Positions 51,881 through 63,573 of a DNA stretch of 64,000 nt are shown one piece after another. The stretch spans positions 223,636,001 to 223,700,000 of the forward strand of contig NC_086097.1 in assembly GCF_963921235.1 (NCBI RefSeq), written 5' to 3'. A model generated the notes under the pieces. It was not told the DNA's origin. It worked only from the letters and a program-made list of their open reading frames with translations, and ran no database searches. The first letter of the stretch is position 1. Each line of letters opens with the position of its first letter. The stretch comes from Mobula hypostoma (lineage: Eukaryota). Position numbers and translations under genes: made by a program.

Positions 51881-52597
51881 GCTGATAGCTTGTGCTGTGG
51901 TGGACCTGGCTAAGGATTTTGAAGGAGCAAGCAATAGAGAAAAAAAAAGATAGGAATACAAAATATCACAGTTGCAAGAAATTTTAAGTAATAATAGAAA
52001 ATAATGACGATATTCCTCTTCTCAAGCGATATACAATCGGTGGAAATGGAAAACAGAATATTGAAGAACACACAAGTTAGGGGCAGGACACCAGGTCTCT
52101 ACAGCCTGCTCCACTATTTAATAAGCTTATGACTGATCTGAGTATATTCCCATCTACTCAAGTTAACCCCTCATAACCTTGCTTAGCTACCGCTGTTTTA
52201 AAAATACTCAAAGATTCTGTTTGCACTACCTTTTGAGGAAGAGATCTCTAAGTCTCAACCCCGTGAGGAATAAAATAAATAAACTTGCCTCTGCCTTAAG
52301 CGTGGAACCCTTATCTTTAAACAGTGACCTCTGGTTCAAGGTTCGCTCACAACATAAAACATCTTCTCCGCATCCACCCGATCAAGACCTTCCAGGATCG
52401 AAATATTTCAAACAAGTTCTGTCTCATTCTTCTAAACTTTAGCAGATACAAACCTAGCCTGCCCAACCTGTCCTCAACCAGGCTATTCCAGTTAAATATT
52501 CTCCGAACTGCATCATTAAGATTCTTCCTGATACAATATCAATACTGTATTTCAGATTTGGTTTCGTTAATGCCCTATATAACCTAGGCATACTCTC

Positions 52598-52800
52598 ACA
52601 ACACACATGAAAGTTGCTGGTGAACGCAGCAGGCCAGGCAGCATCTCTGGGAAGAGGTACAGTTGACGTTTCGGGCCGAGACCCTTTGTCAGGAAACGTT
52701 GACTGTACCTCTTCCTAGAGATGCTGCTTGGCCTGCTGCGTTCACCAGCAACTTTGGTGTGTGTTGCTTGAATTTCCAGCATCTGCAGAATTCCTTATGG
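52598..52800. mobile_element. Mini inverted PLE pair with 12-bp TSD, inside an old CR1 fragment
   Basis: AGGCATACTCTC at 52586-52597 and 52801-52812. The arms join within the hammerhead (~52690). Confidence 0.9.
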
Positions 52801-53121
52801 AGGCATACTCTCCCTACTTTTGTATTTAATGCCTCTGACATTCTGTTAGGTCTCCTAATCACTTGTTACTTACAGCATATTATTGATCCAAGATACAAAA
52901 CTGTAAATACATACTGAGAAATAAAGAGCAGTAAGATTAAAAGAAAAGTTTCAATGAGAATGACCAAAGGCCAACAAATATAATTTATATCAGCATTCAA
53001 GTGAATCCTGGGTCTGCTGGTGTGACGTATAATAGGATCATTTTATTAGTTGTGGGGCAGGGGTTAGCGCAGGGAGCAAAGATCATAGGTGGAATGTAAC
53101 AGCCAGGAGAAGGAAAGAATG

Positions 53122-53710
53122 TAATCAGAATCAGATTTACCATCACTGACATGTATTATGAAATCTGTTGTTTTTTGGTCACAGTACCATTGCAATACAT
53201 AAAAAATAATATAGGTAATAATAAGAACAATAAAAATAAATAAGTATTCCGTAAAAGAGTAAAATAGTGAGGTATTGTTAAAGGACCATTCAGAAATCCG
53301 ATGGCAGAAGGGAAGAAGCTGTTCCCGTGTGTCTGAAAGCTCCTGAACCTCCTCCATGGTGGTGGTAATGAGGAGAGGACATGTCCTGGGTGGTGAGGAG
53401 GCTAGTGTGCATAATGGAGCTGGCTGAGTCCAAAATTCTTAACAGCTTTTATTGATCTTGTGTTTTGGACCCTCCATACCTGGTAGCAATGCAACCAGTC
53501 AGATAATCTCCAAGGTACATCTATAGGAATTTGGTGATATACCAAATCTCCTCAAATTCCTAACGATGTATAGCTGCTGATCGCTCAGTGAAGACCAGTG
53601 TCTGCTCTTTTCACTTCCCTTTCCTGAAGTCCACAACCAATCCCTTGGAGTAATTGGTGTTGAGTGCAAGGTTGTTTCTGTGACACCACTCAACCAGCTA
53701 ACCTATCTCA
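53122..53710 (-). mobile_element. Rex1-like 3' fragment
   Basis: (AATCAG)n tail on the plus strand and QLYIVRNLRRFGIS. Confidence 0.75.
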
Positions 53711-53902
53711 TCCCCGCGCACCATAGGATGAAGCTGGCCTCATTTTGGAAGTTGCACTGGTCTCCACCAAGGTGAATGAGATTTTAATTTTAGCTTTAAA
53801 TGGGTGTTAGGATATCAGTCTGTTATATGCCTTGTTATTCAGCTCCATTGACTTCAATCTAAGTGAAAAGTGTAGAGGAGCAACATGGCTGGGTGGAACT
53901 CC

Positions 53903-54650
53903 AACCATAAGACCATTAGGACATAAGAGCAGAATTTGGCCATTTGGCCCACCAAGTCTGCTCCGCCATTAAATCATGACTGATCCTTTTCCCCGTTAAA
54001 TGACCTTCTCTCCATAACCTTTGATGCCACGTTCAGTCAAAAACCTATTAATCTCTGCCTTAAATACAGCCAACGATCTGGTCTCCACAGTTGCCTGTGG
54101 TAATAAATTCCACAAATTCACCACCCTCTTACTAACCATGTTAATAATTTTCCTGCAATACCATAGGCTCTTAACTTTGTAAGCAGCCTCATGTGTGGCA
54201 CCTTATCAAAGGCCTTCTGAAAGTCCAAATATACAAATCAGCTGCATTCCCTTTATCTATCCTACCTGTAATCTCCTCAAAGAAATCTGACAGGCTCATC
54301 AGGCAAGATTTTTCCTTAAAGAAACCATGCTGACTTTGTCCTATCTTGTCCTGTGTTACCAAGTACTCCATAACCTCATCCTTAACAATTGTCTCCAACA
54401 TCTTCCCGACCACTGAGGTCAGGTTAACTGGTCCATAATTTCCTTTCTGCTGCCTTCCTCCTTTCTTAAAGAGTGGAGTGATATTTGCAATTTTTCAGTC
54501 CTTTGGCACCATGCCAGAGTCCAATGATTTTAAAAGATCATTGCTAATGCCTCCAAAATGTCTTCCGCTACCTCTTTCAGAATCCTAGAGTGCAGTTCAT
54601 TTGGTTCGGGTGACTTTTGTATCCTTAGGTCTTTCAGCTTTTTGAGCACC
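53903..54650 (-). mobile_element. CR1 fragment with internal deletion
   Basis: SQHGFFKEKSCL (ORF 54189..54413) and a CR1 tail at the left end. Confidence 0.8.
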
Positions 54651-56765
54651 TGATGCCGGTTTACTGCATGCACCCAAATATGAGTTTCAACCCCGTCTCT
54701 TGCAACACCCTGGAACTGTGCACAGTCATCCCTTTTAGCTCCCCACAGCAGATAGTTGGAGTGTGAACTGTATCAGAATTAAAGAGTACTCTGATGAAAG
54801 ATACTAATGTAGAATGTAAATCATTTTCTTTCTGATACAGGCAATCAGTGGCCCACTGCTAACCAGCATTGTTTTATTTCAGATTTCCAACATTTAGATT
54901 TTTAAGTCAGTTTACGGACTCCTTTAATATTATCAATGAACAGGAGATAACTTTCAATTTAATAAAAATTAATCAATAAAACTCGTATTTCTAGAATAAA
55001 AACTTTGCTATTGTAAGCTTTGCACAGAGTGCTTTCCTTTCCATTAATCTCTAAGTGCTGACTCAATGCTCAAAAATGACAATATTTGCATTCAGTGTAG
55101 GATTTGCAACTATTTGTTCATCTTTCCGCATGTAAATGATTGGACACTTCACTGACACAAGAAACAAGAAAACAGGAGCAGCAATAGACTGCTCAGGTTC
55201 TTCAAATTTGCTCTATCAGTTTTTAGAATCAAAGCTGGACTTAACTTGTGACATTTTTCCATTCCCCTTGATCCATTGAATATTTTATCCACCTCCACTT
55301 TAAATACTTCTAATACTCCAGCTTCCACCACCCACCCGGGGAGAGCATTCCTGAGATTTGGCACCCTATACAAGAAAGAATTTCCACAGCCAAAGCACAG
55401 CAAACCAAGCCGAGTTGAGTAGAGAGTGGGGTGACAGAGGCAGAACCAGAATCAGAATCGGGTTTAATATCGCAGGCATGTATTGCAAAATTTGCTGTTT
55501 TGTGGCAGCAGTACATTACAATACATATTAGCAAAAGAGAAACTAAAAATAAGAAATATAAATAAAATATAAATGAGTAGTGCAAAAAGAGAGCAAAAAA
55601 AAAGAGAAAAAGGAATAGTGAATGGGTTCGTTTGTCCATTCAGAAATCCGATAGTGGAGGGGAAGAAACTGTACTCAAAATGTTGAGTGTGTGATGGTGG
55701 CAGCAATGAGAAGAGGACATGTCATGGTCATGGGTAATGAGGGTCCTTAATGATGGATGCCACGTTTTTGAAGCATTACCTTTTGAAGATGTCCTCGATG
55801 CTGGGGAAGCTAGTTGAGCGTACAAGTTTCTACGTTTTACTCCTGTCCTGTGCAGCGGCCCCTCTATGCCAGACGGTGATGCAACCAGTTAGAACGCACT
55901 CCACAGTAAATCTATAGAAATTTGCGAGAGTCTTGGTGACAAACCAAGTCTCCTCAAACTCCTAATGAAATATAAACGCTGTTGTGTCCTCTTTGTAAAT
56001 GCACCAATATGGTGGGCTCAGGACAGGTCTTCAGAGATGTTGGCACCCAGGAATTTGAAACTGCTCACCCTTTCCAATTCTGATCCCTCGATGAGGACAG
56101 GTGTGTGCTCTCTTGACGTCGCCTTCCTGAAGCCCACATTCAATACCTTGGTCAATACCTTAGTGATGCTGAGTGTGAGGTCGTTGTTGCGACGCCACTC
56201 AATCAGCCGATCTCACCGTGTGCCTTCTCATCACCATCTGAAATTCTGCCAACAATAGTTGTGTTGTCAGCAAATATATATACAAGGTGTTTGAGCTGTG
56301 CCTAGCCACACAGTCATGGGTGTAGAGAGCAGAACAGTGGGCTAAGCACACATCCTTGAGGTGTACCAGTGTTGATTGTCAGTGAGACAGAGGTGTTGTT
56401 TTCAATGTGGTCTCCTGATGAAATAGTCAAGGATTCAGTTGCAGAGGGAGGTATGGAAGCTCAGGTTCTGGAAATTGTTGATTAGTACTGAGGGTATTAT
56501 AGTGTTCAACACTGAGCTGTAGTCAATAAACAGCAGACTGATGCAGGTACAGTATAGCTTTTATCCAGGTAAAGTAAAGCCGAGTGGAGAACCTGCATCC
56601 GTTGTGGACATATTGTGGCAAAAGGAAAATTATAGCGGCTCCAGGTCCTTGTTTGGGCAGGAATTGATTCTGGCCTTGACCAACCGCCTCAAAGCATTTC
56701 ATCTCAGCAGACGTGAGTGCCACTTGGCAATAGTTTTGAGACAGCTCACCCTGCTCTTCTTGGGC

Positions 56766-59700
56766 ATAGAACCATAGAACCATAGAAACTACAGCACAGA
56801 AACAGGCCCTTTGGCCCTTCTTGGCTGTGCCGAACCATTTTCTGCCTAGTCCCACTGACCTGCACACGGACCATATCCCTCCATACACCTCCCATCCATG
56901 TATCTGTCCAATTTATTCTTAAATGTTAAAAAGAACCCACATTTACCACCTCGTCTGGCAGCTCATTCCATACTCCCACCACTCTCTGTGTGAAGAAGCC
57001 CCCCCCTAATGTTCCCTTTAAACTTTTCCCCCCTCACCCTTAACCCATGTCCTCTGGTTTTTTTCTCCCCTTGCCTCAGTGGAAAAAGCCTGCTTGCATT
57101 CACTTTATCTATACCCATCATAATTTTATATACCTCTATCAAATCTCCCCTCATTCTTCTACGCTCCAAGGAATAAAGTCCTAACCTATTCAACCTTTCT
57201 CTGTAACTGGGTTTCTCAAGTCCCGGCAACATCCTTGTAAACCTTCTCTGCACTCTTTCAACCTTATTTATATCCTTCCTGTAATTTGGTGACAAAAACT
57301 GAACACAACACTCCAGATTCGGCCTCACCAATGCCTTATACAACCTCATCATAACATTCCAGCTCTTATACTCAATACTTCGATTAATAAAGGCCAATGT
57401 ACCAAAAGCTCTCTTTACGACCCTATCTACCTGTGACGACACTTTTAGGGAATTTTGTATCTGTATTCCCAGATCCCTCTGTTCCACCGCACTCCTCAGT
57501 GCCTTACCATTAACCCTGTATGTTCTACGTTGGTTTGTCCTTCCAACGTGCAATACCTCACACTTGTCAGTATTAAACTCCATCTGCCATTTTTCAGCCC
57601 ATTTTTCCAGCTGGTCCAAGTCCCTCTGCAGGCTCAGAAAACCTTCCTCACTGTCTACTACACCTCCAATCTTTGTATCATCAGCAAACTTGCTGATCCA
57701 ATTTACCACATTATCATCCAGATCATTGATATAGATGACAAATAACAATGGACCCAGCACTGATCCCTGTGGCACACCACTAGTCACAGGCCTCCACTCA
57801 GAGAAGCAATTCTCTACCACCACTCTCTGGCTTCTTCCATCGAGCCAATGTCTAATCCAATTTACCACCTCTCCATGTATACCTAGTGAATGAATTTTCC
57901 TACTAACTTCCTTTGCGGGACCTTGTCAAAGGCCTTACTGAAGTCCATGTAGACAATATCCACTGCCTTCCCTTCATCCACTTTCCTGGTAACCTCCTCG
58001 AAAAACTCCAACAGATTGGTCAAACATGACCTACCACGCACAAAGCCATGTTGACTCTCCCTAATAAGCCCCTGTTTATCCAAATGCTTGTAGATTCTGT
58101 CTCTTAGTACTCCCTCCAATAACTTACCTACTACTGACGTTAAACTCACCGGCCTATAATTTCCCGGATTACTTTTCGATCCTTTTTTAAACAACGGAAC
58201 AACATGAGCCACTCTCCAATCCTCCGGCACTTCACCCGTAGACAGCGACATTTTAAATATTTCTGCCAGGGCCCCCGCAATTTCAACACTAGTCTCCTTC
58301 AAGGTCCGAGGGAACACTCTGTCAGGTCCCGGGGATTTATCCACTTTAATTTTCCTCAAGACAGCAAGCACCTCCTCCTTTTCAATCTGTACAGTTTCCA
58401 TGGTCTCACTACTTGATTCCCTCAATTCCATAGATTTCATGCCAGCTTCCTTAGTAAATACAGATGCAAAAAACCTATTTAAGATCTCCCTCATTTCCTT
58501 TGGTTCCGCACAAAGCCGACCACTCTGATCTTCAAGCGGACCAATTTTATCCCTTACAATCCTTTTGCTCTTAATATACTTGTAAAAGCTCTTTGGATTA
58601 TTCTTCACTTTGACTGCCAAGGCAACCTCATGTCTTCTTTTAGCCCTCCTGATTTCTTTCTTAAGTATTTTCTTGCACTTCTTATACTCCTCAAGCACCT
58701 GATTTACCCCCTGTTTCTTATACATTTCATACAATTCCCTCTTCTTCTTTATCATAGTTGCAATATCCCTTGAGAACCAAGATTCCTTATTCCTATTCAA
58801 TTTGCCTTTAATCCTGACAGGAATATACAAACTCTGCACTCTCAAAATTTCCCCTTTGAAGGCTTCCCACCTACCAATCACATCTTTGCCAGAGAACAAC
58901 CTGTCCCAATCCACGCTTTTTAGATTCTTTCTCATTTCTTCAAATTTGGCCTTCTTCCTGTTCAGAACCTCAACCCTAGGACCAGATCTATCCTTGTCCA
59001 TGATCAAATTGAAACTAATGGTGTTATGATCACTGAAACCAAAGTGCTCCCCTACACAGACTTCTGTCACTTGCCCTAATTCGTTTCCTAACAGGAGATC
59101 CAATATTGCATCCCCTCTAGTTGGTCTCTCTATATATTGATTTAGAAAACTTTCCTGAACACATTTTATAAACTCTAAACCATCTAGACCCCTAACAGTA
59201 TGGGAGTCCCAATCAATGTATGGAAAATTAAAATCCCCTACCACCACAACTTTATGTTTCCTGCAGTTGCCTGCTATCTCTTTGCAGATTTGCTCTTCCA
59301 AGTCTCGTTGACTATTGGGTGGTCTGTAATACAACCCCACTAATGTGGCCATACCTTTCCTGTTTCTCAGCTCCACCCATAAGGGCTCAGTAGACAAGCC
59401 CTCTAATCTGTCCTGCCTGAGCACTGCTGTAATATTTTCCCTAACAAGCAATGCTACTCCCCCACCTTTCATTCCTCTGCCTCGATCACATCTGAAACAT
59501 CGGAACCCTGGAATATTAAGCTGCCAGTCCTGCCCCTCCTGTAGCCAAGTTTCACTAATTGCTACAACATCATAATTCCACGTGTCAATCCACGCCCTCA
59601 ACTCATCCGCCTTCCCCACGATACTCCTAGCATTGAAATATATACACCTCAGAAGATTTTTACCACCACTCACAACCTTTCTATCAGCGGATTTGCTTAA

Positions 59701-60130
59701 ACTTTCAACATCATTTATTTTCACCCCAGCCACACTGTCAGCACTGGCACTCTGGTTCCCATCCCCCTGCAAATCTAGTTTAAAGCCTCCCCAATAGCAC
59801 TAACAAACCTCCCGGAAAGGATATTGGTCCCCCTGTGGTTCAAGTGTAACCCGTCTCTCTTGTACAGGTCCCACCTGCCCCAGAAGAGGTCCCAATGATC
59901 CTGAAATCTGAAACCCTGCCCCCTACACCAGTTCCTCAGCCACTTGTTCCTCCTCCAGAGCATCCTATTCCTACCCTCACTGGCACCTAGCCCAGGTAGC
60001 AATCCTGAGATTACCACCCTTGAGGTCCTGCTTTTCAACTTCCTACCAAGCTCTCTATACTCACTGTCCAGGACCTCTTCACTCTTCCTTGCTATGTCAT
60101 TGGTACCGAGGTGCACCACGACATCTGGTG
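56766..60130 (-). mobile_element. Near-intact CR1 LINE: ORF1 esterase C-terminus plus ORF2 (APE-RT) with one break near 57880
   Basis: ORFs 59775..60119 (HLGTND, DGLHLN), 57883..59772 (APE, RT N-half) and 56963..57868 (KFADDTK), followed by a CR1 tail. Confidence 0.97.
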
Positions 60131-60599
60131 CACTGGTATGATTGTTACCCTATTAAAGCAGATGGAAACCTCTGACTTCAGCAATGAGAGATTGAATATG
60201 CCATTAAACACTCCTGCCAATTAGCTGGCACAGGTTTTCAGGTCCTACCAGGTACCCCATCAGGACCTGAAGTCTTGCGAGGGTTCACCCTCATGAAAGA
60301 TATTCTGACATCTACCTTCACGGGGTCACCAGCATCTGCAAGGATTCACACCAGTGTAGTTTTATTCTCCCTTTCAAAGCTTGGGAGTCAAGCTTCACAA
60401 CTATTCATGATGTTAGGTTTCACCTTATAGGAAGTAATGGCCCACAAACCCTGCCAGAGCCGATGTGCATCTGACTCTAACTTCAATGGTAATTTTAACG
60501 CAAACAACAGGAATTCTGCAGATGCTGGAGATGCAAGCAACATACATCAAAGTTGCTGGTGAACGCAGCAGGCCAGGCAGCATCTATAGGAAGAGGCGC

Positions 60600-60635
60600 A
60601 GTCGACGTTTCAGGCCGAGACCCTTCGTCAGGACT
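60600..60635 (-). ncRNA. Minimal hammerhead ribozyme motif (mirror copy)
   Basis: Exact reverse complement of 62168-62203. Confidence 0.82.
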
Positions 60636-60927
60636 AACTGAAGGAAGAGTGAGTAAGGGATTTGAAAGCTGGAGGGGGAGGGGGAGATGCAAAATAATAG
60701 GAGAAGACAGGAGGGGGAGGGATGGAGCCGAGAGCTGGACAGGTGATAGGCAGAAGGGGATACGAGAGGATCATGGGACAGGAGGTCCGGGAAGAAAGAC
60801 AGGGGGGGGTGACCCAGAGGATGGGCAAGAGGTATATTCAGAGGGACAGAGGGAGAAAAAGGAGAGTGAGAGAAAGAATGTGTGCATTAAAAAGAGTAAC
60901 AGATGGGGTACGAGGGGGAGGTGGGGC

Positions 60928-61494
60928 CTAGCGGAAGTTAGAGAAGTCAATGTTCATGCCATCAGGTTGGAGGCTACCCAGACGGAATATAAGGTGTTGT
61001 TCCTCCAACCTGAGTGTGGCTTCATCTTTACAGTAGAGGAGGCCGTGGATAGACATGTCAGAATGGGAATGGGATGTGGAATTAAAATGTGTGGCCACTG
61101 GGAGATCCTGCTTTCTCTGGCGGACAGAACGTAGATGTTCAGCAAAGCGGTCTCCCAGTCTGCGTCGGGTCTCACCAATATATAAAAGGCCACATCGGGA
61201 GCACCGGACGCAGTATATCACCCCAGTCGACTCACAGGTGAAGTGATGCCTCACCTGGAAGGACTGTTTGGGGCCCTGAATGGTGGTAAGGGAGGAAGTG
61301 TAAGGGCATGTGTAGCACTTGTTCCGCTTACACGGATAAGTGCCAGCAGGGAGATCAGTGGGGAGGGATGGGGGGGACGAATGGACAAGGGAGTTGTGTA
61401 GGACACAACTCCCTTGTCCATTCGTCCCCCCCATCCCTCCCCACTGATCTCCCTGCTGGCACTTATCCGTGTAAGCGGAACAAGTGCTACACAT
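60928..61494 (-). CDS. Mirror-image PLE GIY-YIG endonuclease ORF (188 aa; expression unproven)
   Basis: Differs from the plus-strand ORF at only two residues in the ORF track. Confidence 0.6.
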   Translation of the reverse strand: MCSTCSAYTDKCQQGDQWGGMGGTNGQGSCVLHNSLVHSSPPSLPTDLPAGTYPCKRNKCYTCPYTSSLTTIQGPKQSFQVRHHFTCESTGVIYCVRCSRCGLLYIGETRRRLGDRFAEHLRSVRQRKQDLPVATHFNSTSHSHSDMSIHGLLYCKDEATLRLEEQHLIFRLGSLQPDGMNIDFSNFR

Positions 61495-61874
61495 GCCCTT
61501 ACACTTCCTCCCTTACCACCATTCAGGGCCCCAAACAGTCCTTCCAGGTGAGGCATCACTTCACCTGTGAGTCGACTGGGGTGATATACTGCGTCCGGTG
61601 CTCCCGATGTGGCCTTTTATATATTGGTGAGACCCGACGCAGACTGGGAGACCGCTTTGCTGAACATCTACGCTCTGTCCGCCAGAGAAAGCAGGATCTC
61701 CCAGTGGCCACACATTTTAATTCCACATCCCATTCCTATTCTGACATGTCTATCCACGGCCTCCTCTACTGTAAAGATGAAGCCACACTCAGGTTGGAGG
61801 AACAACACCTTATATTCCGTCTGGGTAGCCTCCAACCTGATGGCATGAACATTGACTTCTCTAACTTCCGCTAG
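61308..61874 (+). CDS. PLE GIY-YIG endonuclease ORF (188 aa, RT-less; expression unproven)
   Basis: Cys linker CKRNKCYTC, then GVIY-CVRCSRC-LYIGET, LGDRFAEH, HF, LEEQH and GMN. Confidence 0.6.
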   Translation: MCSTCSAYTDKCQQGDQWGGMGGTNGQGSCVGHNSLVHSSPPSLPTDLPAGTYPCKRNKCYTCPYTSSLTTIQGPKQSFQVRHHFTCESTGVIYCVRCSRCGLLYIGETRRRLGDRFAEHLRSVRQRKQDLPVATHFNSTSHSYSDMSIHGLLYCKDEATLRLEEQHLIFRLGSLQPDGMNIDFSNFR

Positions 61875-62167
61875 GCCCCACCTCCCCCTCGTACCCCATC
61901 TGTTACTCTTTTTAATGCACACATTCTTTCTCTCACTCTCCTTTTTCTCCCTCTGTCCCTCTGAATATACCTCTTGCCCATCCTCTGGGTCACCCCCCCC
62001 CCGTCTTTCTTCCCGGACCTCCTGTCCCATGATCCTCTCGTATCCCCTTCTGCCTATCACCTGTCCAGCTCTCGGCTCCATCCCTCCCCCTCCTGTCTTC
62101 TCCTATCATTTTGCATCTCCCCCTCCCCCTCCAACTTTCAAATCCCTTACTCACTCTTCCTTCAGTT

Positions 62168-62203
62168 AGTCCTGACGAAGGGTCTCGGCCTGAAACGTCG
62201 ACT
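62168..62203 (+). ncRNA. Minimal hammerhead ribozyme motif; predicted cleavage after 62199
   Basis: AGTC-CTGACGA-AGGgtctcggCCT-GAAAC-GTC^GACT. Confidence 0.82.
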
Positions 62204-63573
62204 GCGCCTCTTCCTATAGATGCTGCCTGGCCTGCTGCGTTCACCAGCAACTTTGATGTATGTTGCTTCAATGGTAATTGTTTTTTTTCTGCTCTTAAAA
62301 TACCCTTTTGTAGGTTATAGTTGGACTTCTTGTATAGTACTGGATCACTGCTACAGATCTAGCCCTCAGCAGACTACGAATCTCCTGGATCATCCATGGC
62401 TTTTGGTTTGGGTATCTCCAGTATGCTCTCAAAGACTCATCTACACAGGTCTTGAAGAAGTGGGTGACCACAGTGGCACTCATTCAAATTTGATTATGAA
62501 TTCCTGAATATTGTCCAGTCCACCAATTCAGAGCAGTCCTGTATGTGTTCCTCCACCTCCTTTGTCCATACCTGTTTGGTCCTCACCACTGATGCTGTAG
62601 TTTTTAGTCTCTGTCTATATGTCAGAAGTAGAAGTACAGCCAGGTGATCAGTGTGGATATGGGATGACATGGTAAGCGCTCTTGATTGTGGTTCCACAGG
62701 TGATATGTTGGTGGCAGTTTTCAGAGACTTCAAGCTGGCCTGGTTGAAATCCTGTGCAATGATAGGGAAGGCATCAGAGTACACTGTTTCATGACTGCTG
62801 ATCATGGTGTTCAGCTCCTCCAGTGTCTCTCTGACATTGGCCAGAGGTACAATGTACAATGCTACCAGGATGTCAGTGAAAAACTCTCTCAGCAGATAAA
62901 ATATACAACATATGATCAGATTGGGTGAGCAGGACTGAGACAGAACTGTCAAATTGTGCACCTTGATGAATTAATATACTCTACCTCCTCTACCTTTAAA
63001 AGACTTGGTTGTCCTGCACTGAACGGTGAAGCCCTCAGGAGGCACTGCTGTATCCAAAAAGGTGGGGTGAGCCACATTTCCATGAAGCAGAATACATAGC
63101 AGTTCCTGATATCCCTCTGGTACAACTGTCTTGCTCTGAGGTCTTCAGTTTTATTTTCCAGAGACTGTACTTTAGGATAGAAGAGATAGTAGTCAGGAAA
63201 GACTGTCCAGTAGGATAGAAGAGATAGTAGTCAGGAAAGAAAGTAATAGAAGATAGAAGCAGGCAATAACATTAGATTAATAGTGCTGATTATTAGATTT
63301 CAAAATATCATTAATTTGATAATCTAACCTAACCACTTTCATGTCTGTCTTAGCTGATGAAATATATCTGGTCAGAAAAGGATTGTGTTTTTTAGTTTAA
63401 TGTGTTTTAATATACAGGTATTACAAAATATTTAACAGTAACAATTTCCTCTCTCCAAGACAAACTGGAAAATAAAACAAGCTTTTACAATTTCTCAACT
63501 TTTCATTCCACATCTCCCTTTAATATAGCAATCTAACACAGTTCACAAAAACATGAAACATCAAGCTGTGTGA

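Larger units (their letters stand above)
60495..62268. mobile_element. Palindromic Penelope-like insertion (two inverted ~865-bp 3' halves) with 14-bp TSD
   Basis: Arms 60535-61399 and 61403-62268 with spacer AGG. CTTCAATGGTAATT occurs at 60481-60494 and 62266-62279. Confidence 0.95.
55440..63180 (-). mobile_element. Old Rex1/Babar LINE hosting the CR1 and the PLE palindrome
   Basis: Tail (CAGAAT)n at ~55440, RT remnants at 55700-56765 and 60130-60480, and APE remnants at 62280-63170 (ORF 62494..62961; DHLAVLLL; YPNQKPWM). Confidence 0.8.

Noticed and set aside
60553..62271. Other ORFs across the palindrome (60553..61134, 61668..62081, 61852..62169) and 2841..3172
   Set aside because: They are antisense or UTR frames of the PLE with low-complexity translations and no domain motifs.
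63173..63240. 30-bp direct repeat with an 8-bp spacer (CRISPR-like)
   Set aside because: Only two units in eukaryotic DNA at a LINE boundary; a simple local duplication.
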